From Phycisphaerae bacterium (lineage in GTDB: Bacteria > Planctomycetota > Phycisphaerae > JAJVII01), in assembly GCA_022072085.1 (NCBI GenBank), contig JAJVII010000046.1:6597-70596 (forward strand): DNA of 64,000 nucleotides. Reading direction: 5' to 3'. Below the pieces are notes generated by a model, which saw only the letters and a list, made by a program, of their open reading frames with translations, ran no database searches and was not told the origin of the DNA. Each line of letters begins with the position of its first letter. The stretch's first letter is position 1. This document shows, piece by piece, positions 62,468-64,000 of the stretch. The translations under genes and the position numbers were made by a program.

Positions 62468-62576
62468 GGTTTCGATGGGATCGACGAGATTACGCACATC
62501 ATCCTCCTTGACGGTGGCCCGGCCGTGCCGGGCGCTTCGACATGAACAGGATCAACACGATGTTGCAGCCAGACGG

Positions 62577-63092
62577 TCAGACCGGCTGGTCGGCGGGCGC
62601 CTCGATCAGCGCCGTTATCGACGACCAATCGATGCCGTCCACATCGATAGGCTCGGCCAGATCATCCGCTCTCTCGACGCGGCTCGAAGATTCTGTTTTC
62701 CGGGCCGCCGTTTGGTTGCCGGCGTCAGCCCGTTCCTCAGCCAGCAGCCTCTCAGCCACTTCCAGACCCGTGGCCGTCAACCTGACGTGCGAGGCCCGGC
62801 GCATTGTCCGCCGGTCGGTGTAGAAATTGAGTCGTCTCAGGAGGCCCATGATTTCCAGCCGGTCAAGTTCGCGGCAGTACATCACCCTGTCGCTGGCGGT
62901 CGGCTGACGGCCGAGCCACCCCTCCAGGTTGATGGGAACCGCGCCGTCGCGGGCCCGGACGATTGCCAGGCGGTACTGGCCGCGCCGAATGCTCGTCGCG
63001 TAGTCGGCGGCGTGGTAGTCCATGCCGGCCAGCGCCCGCTGGCTCCGCAGCACGCCGGCCAGCACGATCTTCTGCTTTGCGTTGAGTTTCAT
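62577..63092 (-). CDS. hypothetical protein (possible winged-helix)
   Basis: 171-aa ORF in the same-strand gene train; no recognised motif. Confidence 0.45.
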   Translation of the reverse strand: MKLNAKQKIVLAGVLRSQRALAGMDYHAADYATSIRRGQYRLAIVRARDGAVPINLEGWLGRQPTASDRVMYCRELDRLEIMGLLRRLNFYTDRRTMRRASHVRLTATGLEVAERLLAEERADAGNQTAARKTESSSRVERADDLAEPIDVDGIDWSSITALIEAPADQPV

Positions 63093-63230
63093 GGCGTCTC
63101 CAAGCGTTCGCCGAGTTAATAAAGAAAGTGAAACTAATAACGCGACTGCTCCCCCGGGCCTCAGGAAGAATCATCGCCAGGTAGGACCCGTAACGGATAA
63201 TGGCGACAGATAGCCCTGCCGCCCTTGCCG

Positions 63231-63560
63231 TCATGCGACCGCACCGTCGAGCCGGGCACGCCGACGGTGCATGGCCTGGCGGCAGGCGTTGGAGCAGTAG
63301 ACACCGTCTGTGCGGGCGGCAACGAAGATGCGCCCGCACCGCGGGCAGCGACGGCGACGCGATTGCTGAACGCCGTCGGATCGCTGCCTTCGCCAGGCGG
63401 CCTGTCGGCAACGCCGGCTACAGTGGCGGGCGTCGGACCGCACCGCCACAAAGGGTCTGCCGCAGGTAGTGCAGACCGCATCGCCATGCCGTTGGAGGGC
63501 GAGTCGTCCGTTGCTGCCCTCGCCAGACACACCATTGCTCAGTTCCGCGGTTCCGTTCAT
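63231..63560 (-). CDS. small protein with two tandem zinc-ribbon motifs
   Basis: Two copies of C-x2-CG-x-F-x3-R-x-D-x3-CS-x2-CRQ-x3-RR (CTTCGRPFVAVRSDARHCSRRCRQAAWRR and CPRCGRIFVAARTDGVYCSNACRQAMHRR). Confidence 0.55.
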   Translation of the reverse strand: MNGTAELSNGVSGEGSNGRLALQRHGDAVCTTCGRPFVAVRSDARHCSRRCRQAAWRRQRSDGVQQSRRRRCPRCGRIFVAARTDGVYCSNACRQAMHRRRARLDGAVA

Positions 63561-63955
63561 CTGTCGGTTCCTCCCGTCATGCCCGAACGAATCGGGACTT
63601 GTCCCAATCTTGTCAGCAACCAGTGGTAGGCCAGGCGGCCGGCGGTGTCGTCGTCCAGTCCGCCCTCGACGCTGGCGATCGCTTCGCGTTCGGCAAACAG
63701 GTCGAGAAGGTCGGCTCGGTCGATGTCAATGTGCTCTGCCAGCACCGTCTCGGCCTGGGTTCGCCAGCGCGTTCGCGGATCAGCCAGGAGGACGATCAAC
63801 TCGGGCTTCTGTTCGCGGACGGCTTCCAGCAGGTCGGCCGGCACGACGCTCCCCGGGCGGAGGCTGAGCCGCTCGCCGCGAAGCGTTACGGTCACGCCCA
63901 GGCGTTCCAGTTCGACGAGCAGTTCGGCGGGCGATACGGTCGTCGTGCCGGTCAT
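63557..63955 (-). CDS. hypothetical protein with TubC_N-like N-terminal motif
   Basis: SPAELLVELERLGVTVTLRGERLSLRPGSVVPADLLEAVREQKPELIVLL; stop overlaps next gene start (ATGA). Confidence 0.5.
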   Translation of the reverse strand: MTGTTTVSPAELLVELERLGVTVTLRGERLSLRPGSVVPADLLEAVREQKPELIVLLADPRTRWRTQAETVLAEHIDIDRADLLDLFAEREAIASVEGGLDDDTAGRLAYHWLLTRLGQVPIRSGMTGGTDR

Positions 63956-64000
63956 ACGAGCACCTCGTCTTCCTCGGCGACGGTGGCCGGATCTGCGCCT

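Larger units (their letters stand above)
42749..64000. mobile_element. putative genomic island abutting the ssrA 3' end (right boundary beyond window)
   Basis: Abrupt change from housekeeping genes to RM-like, Rhs toxin, IS debris, MITE and serine-recombinase genes; lower and patchy GC by eye. Confidence 0.55.

Overview
High-GC bacterial chromosomal segment. The gene content looks Planctomycetota-like by inference: a DUF1559-type prepilin protein, a PEP-CTERM protein, a Tat-signal sulfatase, homospermidine synthase and a serpin. Positions 1-42.3 kb are core genome. They hold an AGE-family epimerase fragment, an NHL-repeat protein, sucA-sucB-lpdA-rsmG, a sulfatase with a large secreted neighbour, and a split MacAB-like exporter. 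They also hold a secreted nucleoside-hydrolase/FmdE-like fusion and a co-directional polyamine block (Rrf2, potABCD, homospermidine synthase, ornithine decarboxylase). After that come a zinc-ribbon radical SAM gene of the COG1964/MJ0619 (tetraether synthase-like) type, a TetR-controlled YbhGFSR-type ABC-2 exporter, an AsmA-like protein and an esterase / rSAM-SPASM / serpin cluster. A tmRNA gene (42400-42748) marks a switch to an accessory island with lower, patchy GC that runs past the window end. The island carries a Type IIG-like nuclease-methyltransferase translationally coupled to an HNH-containing protein of unknown family, which is my best candidate for an undescribed defence module. It also carries a secreted Ala-rich protein and a 2.5k-aa Rhs toxin with a low-GC C-terminal domain of unknown function. 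Downstream are IS66/HTH transposase debris, a 144-bp MITE-like element, a low-GC membrane protein (possible displaced immunity gene) and a DUF2924 / large serine recombinase gene train with small cargo genes. Non-coding structure includes a REP-like hairpin element present both intergenically and in frame inside the sucB linker. There are also two heptanucleotide tandem arrays, a related GGTCAGG-based inverted repeat, and paired TGTGAA-N6-TTCACA operators. All functional calls rest on motif recognition by eye; no database search was run.
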